From Vermamoeba vermiformis (lineage: Eukaryota): a stretch of DNA of 64,000 nt. Within the stretch, counting starts at the first letter, position 1. Each line of letters begins with the position of its first letter. Below, in pieces: positions 49,255-61,455 of this stretch. The stretch covers positions 1-64,000 of the forward strand of contig JBEWZL010000291.1 of the NCBI GenBank assembly GCA_045837725.1, read 5' to 3'. Below the pieces are notes generated by a model. That model worked only from the letters and a program-made list of their open reading frames with translations. It made no database searches and was not told the DNA's origin. The translations under genes were made by a program, and so were the position numbers.

Positions 49255-52131
49255 TCACCAGTCTTCGTCAGAAATGCGCATTGAGTTCTTTGCTTGGTTG
49301 TACCGATTTTCTATATTTCTTGCGTGGTTGATGTACTTCATCTCTTCTTTCAGCGGTATTGTGTGGCTCAAGTCGACTTCATTAATACCGATGCTAACGA
49401 CTACTAGCTCATTGATAAGGCCAAGATTCTTGTAAGCAGTGATCTATTATCGTGTTAAAAGGTGTAGCAATCGTTCAATGTAACACTTCGTACCTTATGG
49501 TGTCCATCAATAATAAACAGCTCTACGTTCGAACTGATAGCCAAGGCAGCAGGTCGGCATTCGCTTCGGATCCTCTCCGTGTAGTATTCGACCCGCTCCT
49601 CGCTCAACAAGTCAGAGGGTTGTGTGAAGTACACGAGCGGATAGAACGGAAACTCCGCTGAAAATAATAAGTTAAAACCAACAGGTTGGACAATACAAAG
49701 TTTGACGTACTTTCAAGATTTGTAAAATCCGTAGTAGACGAGTATTCGAACAGCCTATAGTCTCCTCGACTTCGAACTTCAACGTCGTAATACCCTGACG
49801 AAAGACACTTCATGAAAGGCAGCAAGGTGTCGACAAGACTGTCAAATTCGATAATTCCGCTGTTTAGCGTATCCTCTGATCAGTGGCATTTAGTGTCAAT
49901 CATAAGTGACGAATATTATATTCTACGTACCAATCTTCTTCACAGCACCTTCTATACTATCTCGTGAAAGCGACTGACACCTCGCGATGCAACGGTAGAC
50001 TGATCCGCAGAATTGAGGCCAAGTTGACATAATTGGCTGCAACAATGTTATATACGTCACTAGGATGGATGAATGGCCACTACTTACCTCGCCATTGAGC
50101 TTGAGTCCAGTTAAAAAGCCATTCTCCAGTGCGAGCAACCCTTCACCGTCATCTAGTCGCACCACTTGCCAGAATTGAGGCCGCTTTTTCAGCCGACCAA
50201 CGATGTGAGACTTTTGAATTGAACGAAATGGGTTTGAACAATTTGGAACTGCTTGCGGGTGTCCCTGCCATAAACTCTTTGCTGTTATCACCCTGAACCA
50301 ACTTTTTGACACCGAAGCGACCCGACACGCCTCATTAAAGGACAGATAGCCGAGCGTTAGCTTTACGATCTCTTGAGGGAGATTTGAGAACATTCCCAAA
50401 TCGTATTCGGTAGTGTTTTTCCACAACTGGGATGACAACCGATAATCCTAAAATAATTGGGTTAAAATCGCATAATATGATTAACTTTTGATTACCTCTG
50501 GTAGTAGATTGCAACTCGCGACCAATTGCATCAATCGCCCTCCACTTTTAATCGGTGCGTCCAACAGCATACGGACTTCTTCTGATGACAAATTTTTGAC
50601 CAAATGTCGCCAGATTGCCCGTATATTCGACTCTAGTCTGTAAAAGTCCCATTGATTGTCCTTAATGTCGATTTGTTTTTGCAGGTCCTCGCAACTTCTG
50701 AAAAACTTTTCGATTGGCGTCATCGTTTCTTGTTTGCCCTCGATCTCATATAAACGTTCAGTCAACAGAGAAGCGACAACGTCTTGCTAAAATGGAGGTA
50801 AATCAATCAAGGAAAATATCAGTAACCCACAGACCTACCTTCGAAACAAAAGGCCACATCGTCACAACGCCAGCATATTTTTCAGCGCTTAAAACGTCAG
50901 CAATGACCTGTCGGTCAAACTCAGAATCAACAGGCATTTTTGCCTTGAATCTATTGTACGATTAGAACACGCGTATTCTCGCTTAATTGAACATACTCGA
51001 ACAGTTTGTTCAAAACATTGGTTTCCTGGCTAGACGCAGCAATTCCAAACACAGTTATCCCGTCCTGAATTGGTTCTCCGCCCTTCATATTTCGTGTTGT
51101 TGCTTTGATATCAAGCTCCGCATTAATCAACTTGTCAATGTCGCAGTAGTCATAAACAGCCGCGTAGAAGATAACTAAGTAATGGCCATTAATTAGCGAC
51201 TCGTATCGTCTCTATCGTGCTTACTTGCCTGGATTGCCATGGATATCTTTTCCGTTAACATCTGCCCCACGTGACAAAAGATAGTCCACACAAGGCTTTT
51301 TCTTGTTCCACGATGTGAAAGCACGCTGCAGTGGCAATTTACTACCAACCCGATCGTTGACCGACATACCTCGATCTTCAATCAAGTAGCGCAAAATGTC
51401 AACGCTGTATTTGCAAGCTAATTTTAGAACTTGATCCATTTGAGGATCCTGTAAAAAGGAACTGAGACACATGTAGGTACCAATACTTTCTTACCTTGCT
51501 ATGTTGCAACATCTCCTTAAAATAGTTCAATGCGTTTTTTCGAATGGCAAGTTCAATGGGACTCTCGTGATGATGGTAATGATAATTAGCGCCTTGCGGA
51601 TTTGGAGCGAACGGATCTACCGCACTCGGATGGGTCAAGAACATTCGCAGCTGCTCTGCTGTCAACTGTTTTGACATTGCAGCTATAGAAATATAAGGCT
51701 GCTGATCTGCAGCGAAATTAGGTCTTTCATTTTGAAAAAAGATACTTACGAGGATCAAAGGTAGCTTTGAATTTGAGTAGGACACGCAGCAGCGCTCCAT
51801 CGCTCGGATCTCCTTTTTGACAGATTGACGAAATAGGATCGGCATAACCTTGTGGAGTTAATATTGATTTCATATGTTGATAGACGCGCTCGGAAGGATT
51901 ATTCCAGTCGTACAATAAATATTTCTGAATTTTTTCTTGGGTATTTTTGTTGATCCAATTAATTAGGGTCTTTTGGTTTTGCCTGCAGACCCACTCTTCG
52001 ATTGTAGGCTCTTCGCATTTTTTTTCTGGCTTAATTTTTACATCCGAAGGATCAACTAAGTCGTCACCAAAATCAAACGGGTTGTCTTCTTCCATTGCGC
52101 GGCTGAAATTGTTTTTCTGGTCTGTGTTCAT
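49255..52131 (-). CDS. Ankyrin-repeat / F-box / ParB-Sulfiredoxin-like protein, paralogue B
   Basis: Colinear with paralogue A: EEWVCRQNQ…YDWNNPSERV, YLLSRGADVNGKD, FSNLPQEIV…VSKSW, PLVYFTQPSDLL…LFIIDGHHK. Confidence 0.75.
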
Positions 52132-52264
52132 TTTACTCCTGATGTTGTTGCGACGCCTCACAACATTATTTTCAAGCGGTAATAGTACTCGGTGTATTAC
52201 TATTACACGAAAATCAACACAAGCACCATCGTTATTTAAGAGAAGTTATAGATACGCTGCTCAC

Positions 52265-54079
52265 ATGGCTCAAACTGGCGTTGCAAGTCTAATTAACGCT
52301 CGCTGGGTCATCCCTATAGTGCCTGAGAATAAGGTGCTCGAGAACCATACCATTGCTGTCGACAATGCAGGTAAAATCACGAACTAATTTCTCAAGATCC
52401 ATTCCTTTAATTTAGAAAATTCGACTATCATTCTATTTATTCTCCAAATAATATTGTATGTTATAGAGTCCGTTGTATTATAATTTTAAATTGCGGCTCT
52501 ATTTTTTAAAAATACGCGATCCGCTTAGATCTTTATTTTCGTGCTAATTATCTTCATAATTATTAGGAGATATCGTCGATGTTTTGCCGACCGAAGAAGC
52601 TAAAAAGAAGTATTTGAATGTTCCTAACATCGTGGATCGACCACACCACATCATAATGCCTGGTCTCATCAACATGCACTCCCACAGCCCGATGGTAAGA
52701 AAAATAATTACAACGGTTATTGATCCTTGATGAATAGCAATGACGGAATTAAAAAAATATTCGGCAATTGTCGAAACACGATCTGATCTCGTTCTTAGGT
52801 TTTACTTCGCGGCTTTGCGGACGATATGCAATTGATGGATTGGCTCAATAACAAGATCATGCCCGCTGAACAAAAGTGGGTCACACCTGAGTTCACCAAG
52901 GACGGCACTACTCTCGCTGCCGCTGAAATGATTCGCAGTGGTACTACGTGCTTCAATGACATGTATTTCTTCCCTGAAGCCTCGTACGTGATATAATTAT
53001 CCATTGTCATTACCATTAACGTTAAATTTTTAGCGCTGAGGCCATTGAGCGTATTGGCATGCGTGCTGCTTTTGCTACTGTTATCTTGAAGTTCCCGTCA
53101 ATGTACAGTGACACTCTCGACGGCTACTTCACTAAGGCACGTGACTTAGGGGTATAATGATTTGAGACTAATCACTTGTAAAGGCCCAACAACTGATCAA
53201 ACAATACAAAAATCACCCACGTATTCAAATTACTTTGGGTCCTCATGCCCCTTACACCGTCAATGACGCCCAATTTGAGCGTGTCGTGAAGATGGCACAC
53301 GAGAACAACGTTAAGATTCACTTGCACTTGCACGAAACTGCCGCTGAAGTCGAAGGCGGATTGAAGGAGAACAACCAACGCCCGTTCGCTCGTATGGAGA
53401 AGTTGGGCGTTATTAATCCCAATTTGATTGCTGTGCACTGCACTCAATTGACTGATGAAGAGATTGCTTCGCTCGCCAAGCACCATTGCTCCGTCGCGCA
53501 CTGCCCTGAATCAAACGCCAAGTTGGCTAGCGGTTACTGCCCCGTGCCCAAATTGACTCAACAAGGCGCCAATGTCTGCCTCGGTACTGACGGTGCTGCC
53601 TCGAACAACGATTTGGACATGTTTGTAGAGATGCGCACATCTGCTTTGTTCGGTAAGTTCTAGTTGTTATGACCGAACTATTACTATTACTCTTTACTAC
53701 GTCCTACGCATATGCAAACGTTTAACATGTTCATTTAGCCAAGTACTTCACTATGGACGCTAAGGCTGCTGACGCGTTCTCTGTGTTGAAGATGGCAACT
53801 ATTAACGGTGCCAAAGCCTTGGGCCTCGAGAAACGTATTGGTTCGCTGGAAGCTGGCAAAGAAGCCGACATGATCTCCATTAACCTCAACACAATTGAGA
53901 CCGTGCCTATGTACAACCCCCTCTCACACTTGGTCTACTGCTCTGGTCGCGAATCCGTCAACGACGTCTGGGTCGCTGGCAAGCAATTGATGGAACACAG
54001 AAAACTGCTAACTATCGATGAAGCACAAGTTATGGCTAATGCTCGTGCCTGGGCTGAAAAGATCGCTAAAGACCACTAA
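52265..54079 (+). CDS. 5'-methylthioadenosine/S-adenosylhomocysteine deaminase-like amidohydrolase (Atz/Trz family)
   Basis: MPGLINMHSHSPM, EMIRSGTTCFNDMYF, GPHAPYTV, IHLHLHET, HCPESNAKLASG, LGTDGAASNNDLDM, GSLEAGKEAD. Confidence 0.9.
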
Positions 54080-54257
54080 ACATTTGTAATAAACTCGTCA
54101 TTCAAATTTCTCAAAGTATGTCTGACAGATGTGCAACAAGAATTGCGAAAAAGAATACATTTAAGGCCCTATACTCTTAGTATAGAGTCTGACTTTATTA
54201 CATGGCTACTATAAATGAACTCAGGTTCACGAACAATAGCAAAATTCTTGAAACATC

Positions 54258-54863
54258 TTATTTGTTGGCAACGATGGTTTCTTCGAGCTTGGCAGCGTTG
54301 GCACCTATTTAATAGTACGATTAATATTTGGTCTACCGCAGCAAATAATCAGATCGAAATAGAAAAAATTTTCAATTTTCAAGAGGGCTTATCGCGATAG
54401 TCTTTAAGACCTACCCTTGAATTCAGCAACCTTAGCTCCGTTCTTGAAAAATTGGAAGGTGGGCATAGCAGTGATACCGCAAGCAGCAGCGACGTCTTCA
54501 GCCTCATCAACATCAACCTTGAAGCAGGCAATGTCGGTGAATTTCTTGGACATCTCCTCAAATTTGGGAGAAATCATCTTGCAAGGACCGCACTATAGGA
54601 CAATTATTAGTACGTATTAACAAAAACAAATCCGATGAAGGAAAACTTTCTACCAAATTATTCTATTAGCGCAAAAATTGATTTATCCCAGATTATTTTT
54701 TCATGTCGGGAGCAAGTTGGTACTGTGCCTAATAGTCACGTTAAGTGACGTAAATTTTTAAATTACTTACCCAAGTGGCGCTAAAGTCAATGACGACGAG
54801 CTTGTCCTTGTTGGCAGCAAGAGCGTTGTCGAATTCGGCCTTGTTCTTAATTTCGTGGACCAT
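54258..54863 (-). CDS. Thioredoxin
   Basis: Three exons: LVVIDFSATW|CGPCKMISP…KVDVDE…AMPTFQFFKNG…GANAAKLEE. Confidence 0.95.
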
Positions 54864-55295
54864 TGTGTTATGTGTTGTTGTCTTGAGTTTTGATTTTGGA
54901 CTGAAGAATGGAAAATTGCGCGCTTTTGTTGATCTTCCGACCACGTGCGGCTTCTAGAAACTTGACTAGTTTTGGTTCTCTTCCCGAGCGCCGAGTTATT
55001 CTAATTATACCGAAGCATCGAAGAAGCCACGAGAGGGATCTTAAATCACGGTGGTTGTTCTAGTCGCGAGGTACCAAATCCAATTTCGGACAACAGCATC
55101 CGCGGAGCTCGGTTCTATTGCAAACTAGAATACCGAAGACTGTTTTTTATTTACAAAGTATTGCTATTGTATTGTACATTTACTATAAGCGTCTCTAAGA
55201 GGAACGTGAAAGCTCCACGAATACCAAAAAAATATTTTACAATAATAGGGCGATACGGTCCCATAGAATAGACGACTGATTATTACAACATGACA

Positions 55296-56162
55296 CTAAT
55301 TGTCAATTTTAGTGTAGTGAGGTACGACTCTAAAGGCGAAATAAGAATTTAGCTGCGATCTAATCGATCGTTTTAGCGTTTCCTGCTTACCGCTTGATAC
55401 GTGGGTTGATAAGACTTCGTCCTGCCTTCCGTTTAACTCCTTTAGGCTGATTCGCGGCTCTGTTGTTATCTACAGTCAACGTGTCGACCATCGCAGAGGG
55501 CTGTGATTGCATCGAGAATGTTGCAACAGGCAAGCTGGATTTGACCTCAGTCTTGAAACCTGTAACGATCTTAGCTTCGTCCGTATATTCATAGCTGCAC
55601 TTACCGTTATTTCTCGCAGAGCCGCCAGCACGCACTTGATCAACCAACGAGAAGACGAGTTGAACAAACGCGGAGTCATTATCAGGAGCGCGTCTAAGAA
55701 CGGTGAGGTAAGCAATTTTGAAGAGCAATCCGACAGAATTCACTTACGCCAACTCGAAAGTAACCGAGGTCTGTTGTTTATCATCAAAAGAGCACCAAAT
55801 AGTCATCGTAAGCTGATCTTCATCCATTGAAATGAACAAATCATCGTTTCCAAGCGCTTCTTTAATTTTCTCGAAAAATATTTGCCAAGAGAGGCTCTCC
55901 ATATCGAGGGCGCGTTTCTGCACCAACAATTAGCAAATCTACGAATTTCAATGATTTCCTTAAAATAAATTCAAACTACCTGCTTATCCAATGCATCTAG
56001 CGAATAACTTGACGCCCATAGCTCTTTGTCGTCCAAGCAAGCACAGCTGACCTTCAGCTTGGCTTTTCTTGCCTCGAGCTTACAGATGTAGTTCTTACCC
56101 AGCGAGGTGACCTTAGCGTAGGTGCTGTCTACAATTATCAAATAATCCTCTGCTTTTGACAT
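55296..56162 (-). CDS. PAXX-like (XRCC4/XLF superfamily) NHEJ protein
   Basis: N-terminal head domain with ELWASSYS…W…F, and a C-terminal KRKAGRSLINPRIKR that resembles the PAXX Ku-binding GxSLINP motif. Confidence 0.65.
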
Positions 56163-56448
56163 CTACAGCTGTTATTTCATTTGAATATTGAAGGACGATT
56201 CAAATTGTGTAACGGATAGATTTGAGATTTCGCGGGCCAACAGTCACATGCCCAGTCCCGTGCAAAGCAAGGCGAATCAAGAAGCTCAAGCATAATTGTT
56301 GCAGCACGACGTAATTACGAACAATCTAATGAAGGTCCTGGCTCATAATTGGTCCACCAGGCAAACTCTTTGAAATCTGCGTTGTTTCTATTTTTGTCGA
56401 AGATTTTGGTTCAAAGCATTTAGTTTTATCAATTCGCACATTAACAAC

Positions 56449-59400
56449 ATGAGCGGACGTAAGATTACTCTCGCCGAAGTGGCCCAACACAACAAAGCCG
56501 ATGACTTGTGGATTGTCGTCGCAGGCAAGGTGTATGATGTGACAAAGTTCTTGTCCGAACATCCCGGTAAGTTCGTACTACGATAACGTATTTATAAATG
56601 ATATATTCACCACAATTTAAACATTTTGGCTCGTAATTTCGAAAGTGCAACGTTTCTTCAAAGAGTTTTTTTGGATTCAAATTACGTATTTAAAAATAAT
56701 TTCGAGAATGAAGCCTTGTAGAATTAGTTATTGTTAACCGGGCTCAAATCCCCCCGTAAACTGTTTTATAAAACTGTTCAAATTAAATTAAAGTTTTAAT
56801 TTTATTCAAATGTTTAATTTGCGAAGCGATTTAGAACTTCGATTTCTACATTTTATTGAAAGAATTTGTAAATTTAAAATGTTAATAATAATTAAACATT
56901 TTAATTAATTGATACCAGCGGTGCTCGCGGTCACGTTCGGCACGTGGCTTCAGTGAATAAGACACTAGTATTTAGTGAACGTAATTTTATTTAGCGTTGC
57001 AATTACAATGCACAGTACGACAGTTCAAGGCGGCTGGTTGCTCTGCTTGCTCGTGTGTCATTAGCGATAAACTTACCCAAGTGCAGTGCGTCGTGTGGCT
57101 ACGTGGCTTGTGCTGACTTTGACAATGAAAAACATGACTTGCGGTGACAACGAATCAAAGCTCGCTAACGATTGGTCATTCTAGTTTTCGGACAAGAATT
57201 TCCTATGAATTTGGCCATTTTGACCATATTTGGAAGGAGCTTGACGTCACCGCAGAATCTTTTCCGTTCATTTTTCAAAGTTTAATCACGAAGTAAGCCA
57301 CAAAACCACACGATACACGGCGCCTTGGGTAAGTGAACCTACCACCGCTACTGACACTCACAAGTGCACAACAGCTGTCCCGCTGATCGTACTGTATATT
57401 TGTATTGCAACGTTAAATAAATATTATATACTTCCCTAAATACGTGTGATATTACTATTGCTAACGGGCGAGGGCAATGCATCGCACCGCCAGTATTGAT
57501 TAATTAAAATGTTTAATTATTATTAAAATTTTTAATTTATCGAATTCTTTCAACAAAATAAATTAAAAAGTTCTAAATCGCTTCGGAAATTAAACAATTG
57601 CATAAAATCAAAACTTAAATTTAATTTGAACAGTTTTATAAAACGGTTTACGGGGGGATTTGAGCCCGGTTAACAATATGAATTTACTACGATGATTTTT
57701 CGTAATATTTCCAATGGAATCATTTATTTAAATGGATTTGTCTCCTCAGGTGGCAAGAAGGTCCTCGTTAATGTCGCTGGCAAAGACGCTACCAATCAAT
57801 TTAATCAATTCCACAAAGCCGATGTATTAGACAAATACGCGCCCAAGCTTTATATTGGAGACGTCACCGAAGGAGATGCGCGTCACTCCAACTTGGATAA
57901 CAAGAAATCTGTTCGTACTAACCCCGAAGGAATGACAGTCGCTCCTATGCAATTTGCTGCTGCTTTAGGAGGTAAGCTCAACAAATAGTCGACAATTATG
58001 TCTTAAATACAGTAGTTAGATGAATAGCCGCTATTTAAATTTTACGTTATTGCTCAGAAAGTTTTTAGAAGGCGTTCTAATTAATGAAATACGTTGCTAA
58101 TATAGTTTATAATAGAGGGCACGTTCGGCGACCTCGTTCCGTTTGGGGATCCGTCGTGGTACCAAACCTGGCACTCCACTTATTACAACGAATCTCACAA
58201 GAAATTCCGTGCTGCAGTCCGCGAGTTTGTTGAGAAGAACGTGATGCCGTTTGTTAACGAATGGGACATGAAGAAACATTTCCCTAGAGACTTGTTCAAA
58301 AAGTCGTATGAGGCTGGTGCGTGGATCTTTCATAATACCGCGATTCAAAGGAGTTTTCTAATATTCGATTATGGACTATAGGTATTTTGCCGAGCGGTGC
58401 TGGTGCTCCTTGGCAGACTGAATACGCTGGCACTCACATCGCTGGTGGTGTCAAGCCCGAAGAGTTTGATTACTTCCACGAGTTGATTGCCGTCGATGAG
58501 ATGTGCCGCTGTGGTGCTGCTGGTGTTTCCGCCAGTTTTGTTGGTCTTAGCATCGGTAAGCGAACCACACATGCGCTGGATCTGCTCGCGTCCCTGGTCT
58601 TACTAGTCAATTAGGCTTGCCTCCTGTCTTGAAGTTTGCCAACAAGGCACTCAAGGATAAGGTCGCTGGTCCTTGCTTGAAGGGTGACAAGATCATCTGC
58701 TTGGCTATCACTGAACCGTGGGCCGGATCTGATGTTGCTAACATTCGCACTGAAGCCAAGTTGACCGCTGACGGCAAGCACTACATTGTCAATGGCGAGA
58801 AGAAGTGGATCACTAACGGTAAGCGTTATGTCCAAAAATTAGTGGCCGTGCGCGGATGTGGAACAAGTGCAGTTCTAGCTAAAGTAGTGACCCGAACACG
58901 GCGTTGCCAAGCGTCTCGGGCACGACCACACTAACAAGAATGCACCGCTTCCCGTCCGATCAGCGAAGTTAAGCTTGTTCAGGCCTTCTTAGTACTGGGG
59001 TAGGAGACTACCTGGGAATCGGAGGTGTTGTGCTCTTATCTTTTTGCATTCGGCTCTTATTCCTTTTTTTGTTTTCGTGTGGGATTCTTTCTTTTTCCAA
59101 TTGAGATCCGGATGCGACATCCGCTCGTGGTTTACTTTTTTTTAACGTTACCAAATAATTAACTTCCGTATTCAGGTGTCTACGCCGACTTCTTCACCGT
59201 TGCTGTTCGCACTGGCGGTCCTGGTATGGAAGGCATTTCGCTTTTGTTGTTGGAGAAGGGTATGCCTGGCATTACCACCCGTGAAATGCACGTCAGCGGT
59301 CTCTGGGGCTCCGGCACCACTTATATTACCTTTGAGGACGTCAAGGTTCCTGTTGAGAACCTGATCGGCAAAGAGGGTCGTGGATTCAAGTACATTATGA

Positions 59401-60060
59401 GGTACGCATGACTATAATATTACGATCTAGATACTAAACTGACTGTTTTGTTTCTTATTAGTAACTTCAATCACGAGGTATGCATGACTATAATATTACA
59501 TTCATAGTAAACTAACTGTCTTAGCGATGGGGCATTATTGTTCAAGCCATCCGTTGTGCTCGTGTTTGTTACGAAGAGTCCTTCACTTACGCCCACAAGA
59601 GAAAGGCATTCGGCAAGAGATTGATTGACCAGCCCGTCATTCGTAACAAGCTGGCTCACATGGCGTACGTATTATTATTCCAAATTTTCGAAATTATGAC
59701 AGTAAATTGATCCGGTTAAATTTTAGTCGCCATATTGAGGCTACTCAAAACTGGCTAGAGAATGTAACCTATCAAATGACCAAGATGGGTGAACAAGAGG
59801 CCAACATCAAGCTTGGTGGCCCTATTGCCCTCTTGAAGGCTCAAGCCACGCTCACCTTCGAGTTGTGCGCTCGTGAGGCCGCACAGGTTATGGGTGGTAT
59901 TGCTTATACTATGGGCGGTCAGGGCGCTAAAGTTGAGCGATTAAACCGTGAAGTGCGTGGTTGTGCTATTCCTGGTGGCTCCGAAGAAATCATGCTCGAT
60001 CTCGGCATGCGTCAAGCCATCAAGATCTACCAGATGACCTCAAAGATGTCAAAGTTGTGA
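56449..60060 (+). CDS. Cytochrome b5 - acyl-CoA dehydrogenase fusion
   Basis: b5: VYDVTKFLSEHP|GG. ACAD: CLAITEPWAGSDVA, YIVNGEKKWITNG, NFNHERW, FGKRLIDQPVIR, IPGGSEEIM. Confidence 0.93.
56729..57678. mobile_element. ~950-bp foldback / MITE-like long imperfect inverted repeat in intron 1 of the ACAD gene
   Basis: TATTGTTAACCGGGCTCAAATCCCCCCGTAAAC… pairs with …GTTTACGGGGGGATTTGAGCCCGGTTAACAATA, and complementarity continues inward to a centre near 57200. Non-coding. Confidence 0.8.
58918..59036 (+). rRNA. 5S rRNA gene (intronic)
   Basis: 119 nt, GGGCACGACCACAC…CCCGTCCGATC…GAAGTTAAGC…TTAGTACT…GGAGAC…TGGGAA…GTGTTGTGCTCT. Helix I GGGCACGAC/GTTGTGCTC; T-run at 59041-59045. Confidence 0.93.
59041..59045 (+). 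terminator. Pol III oligo-T terminator of the 5S gene
   Basis: TTTTT immediately downstream of the 5S sequence, with further T-runs beyond. Confidence 0.7.
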
Positions 60061-60490
60061 AGAGGCACGCAAGTACTCCGCTACCACGACTTGAATAGTG
60101 TTTATTAGTAACCCCATATATTGCAGTGTATTATTTGACAATAATACGAAATTTTTGCAAAGATTAGATTTTCTATAACGTTCGAAATTTAAGTTTTACG
60201 GATACTATTAATAACAGGCATCTTGCTACACACAGCATAATATCCAAAGTAAATAGTACTGTTAAGCGGGCCGAGCAATGGTAAGCAATTTTCAAGCCCG
60301 TTTATTCGTACTTATTCGTTATACACGAGACCAAAATTAATTTTATTGCAAATAACGTGCAATTTCATGTGCCAATCCAAATTTAGTGCAAAATCTTTTA
60401 AAATTTATTTGCACGTGGCCGAATCAACTATAAATTTGAATGATTACGTCCGTTTATTCAACTCACAAACCAAACAACAACAACACAATA

Positions 60491-61147
60491 ATGAGCAAGC
60501 TAATTCTCATCGCACTCATTGCTTTCGTCGGCATTGTTTTCGCTGACATAGAGAGAGTAAGATACCAGCTCCCTGCCGGCGTGATCTACAATGGTCCTCT
60601 GTTTTCTGGCTATCGTGGTAGAGTTCAGCGTGCTATTTTCTCCTTCGCGGAATCCTACACGACCTGCAACCGCAACAAAATGATTGAAGTCTTCGACGAG
60701 GATGTGCTCTTCTCGTACCTCTTCGCCAGATACCAAGGCCTTACAGCTGCTCTAACCGACATCGATAGTTACTGCGTGCCCACCTCTCGCCCCAACAACG
60801 TCTCTGTCTTCTTTGAAGCTGATGGGTTCTCAATCGATCCAGCCACACGCAACGTTGGCGTGAAGGTTCAATTCAGACAAACAACTCAAGCTGGCGTTCG
60901 CTCGGTAGTCAATGATATTTGGTTTGGCAAGACCAACTTCTGGGGCGACCAATTTACCGAGTTCACCGAGTGGTTGTCAGATTCCGTTCGATTCCTCCAA
61001 CAATACGGAGTGTTGAACTACGACGAAGGCGCCAATCCTCTCTTGCCGTGGCCTACTTATGTACCTGGTCGTGAAGGTTGTGCTCGCCGTGTTACGCACA
61101 CTTGCCCAGATGCACCTTGCCAACCTTCTCAATGCGTTCGTCCCTAA
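60491..61147 (+). CDS. Secreted NTF2/SnoaL-like fold protein, intronless
   Basis: Signal peptide MSKLILIALIAFVGIVFA; …NRNKMIEVFDEDVLFSY…YQGLTA… pattern; Cys-rich tail. Confidence 0.6.
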   Translation: MSKLILIALIAFVGIVFADIERVRYQLPAGVIYNGPLFSGYRGRVQRAIFSFAESYTTCNRNKMIEVFDEDVLFSYLFARYQGLTAALTDIDSYCVPTSRPNNVSVFFEADGFSIDPATRNVGVKVQFRQTTQAGVRSVVNDIWFGKTNFWGDQFTEFTEWLSDSVRFLQQYGVLNYDEGANPLLPWPTYVPGREGCARRVTHTCPDAPCQPSQCVRP

Positions 61148-61455
61148 GCCTGTATATAAAGCGAACGCTGTATTAAATTATTATACCATTGTAGATTATG
61201 TAAAAACAAATCATTATTATTACTCAGTTTCCTCGTTCATTCGTCTTGCGAATAGCAAATAACCAGTTTTGGTCCCTCTAGTAGTAGAGTACTACTATAG
61301 TAGTAGTACCCAATTTTTTTTTGCTATTATTCTTTGTCGCACAAATGGCCATTTAACAGACTCAAAAATGAGACTGGCGTTGTGTCCACAATACGTCAAT
61401 TAGAATAACACAATGAAGTTTTTTCTATCTACCTTACAAACTTGTTCCATTGAAA

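Noticed and set aside
54965-55140. snoRNA between thioredoxin and the PAXX-like gene
   Set aside because: A few short stems (AGCCAC/GTGGTT, TTCTAGT/ACTAGAA) but no convincing C/D or H/ACA boxes.
58838-58915. tRNA upstream of the 5S gene
   Set aside because: An A-box-like start and a GCCGTG/CACGGC stem are present, but there is no GTTC T-loop or cloverleaf.
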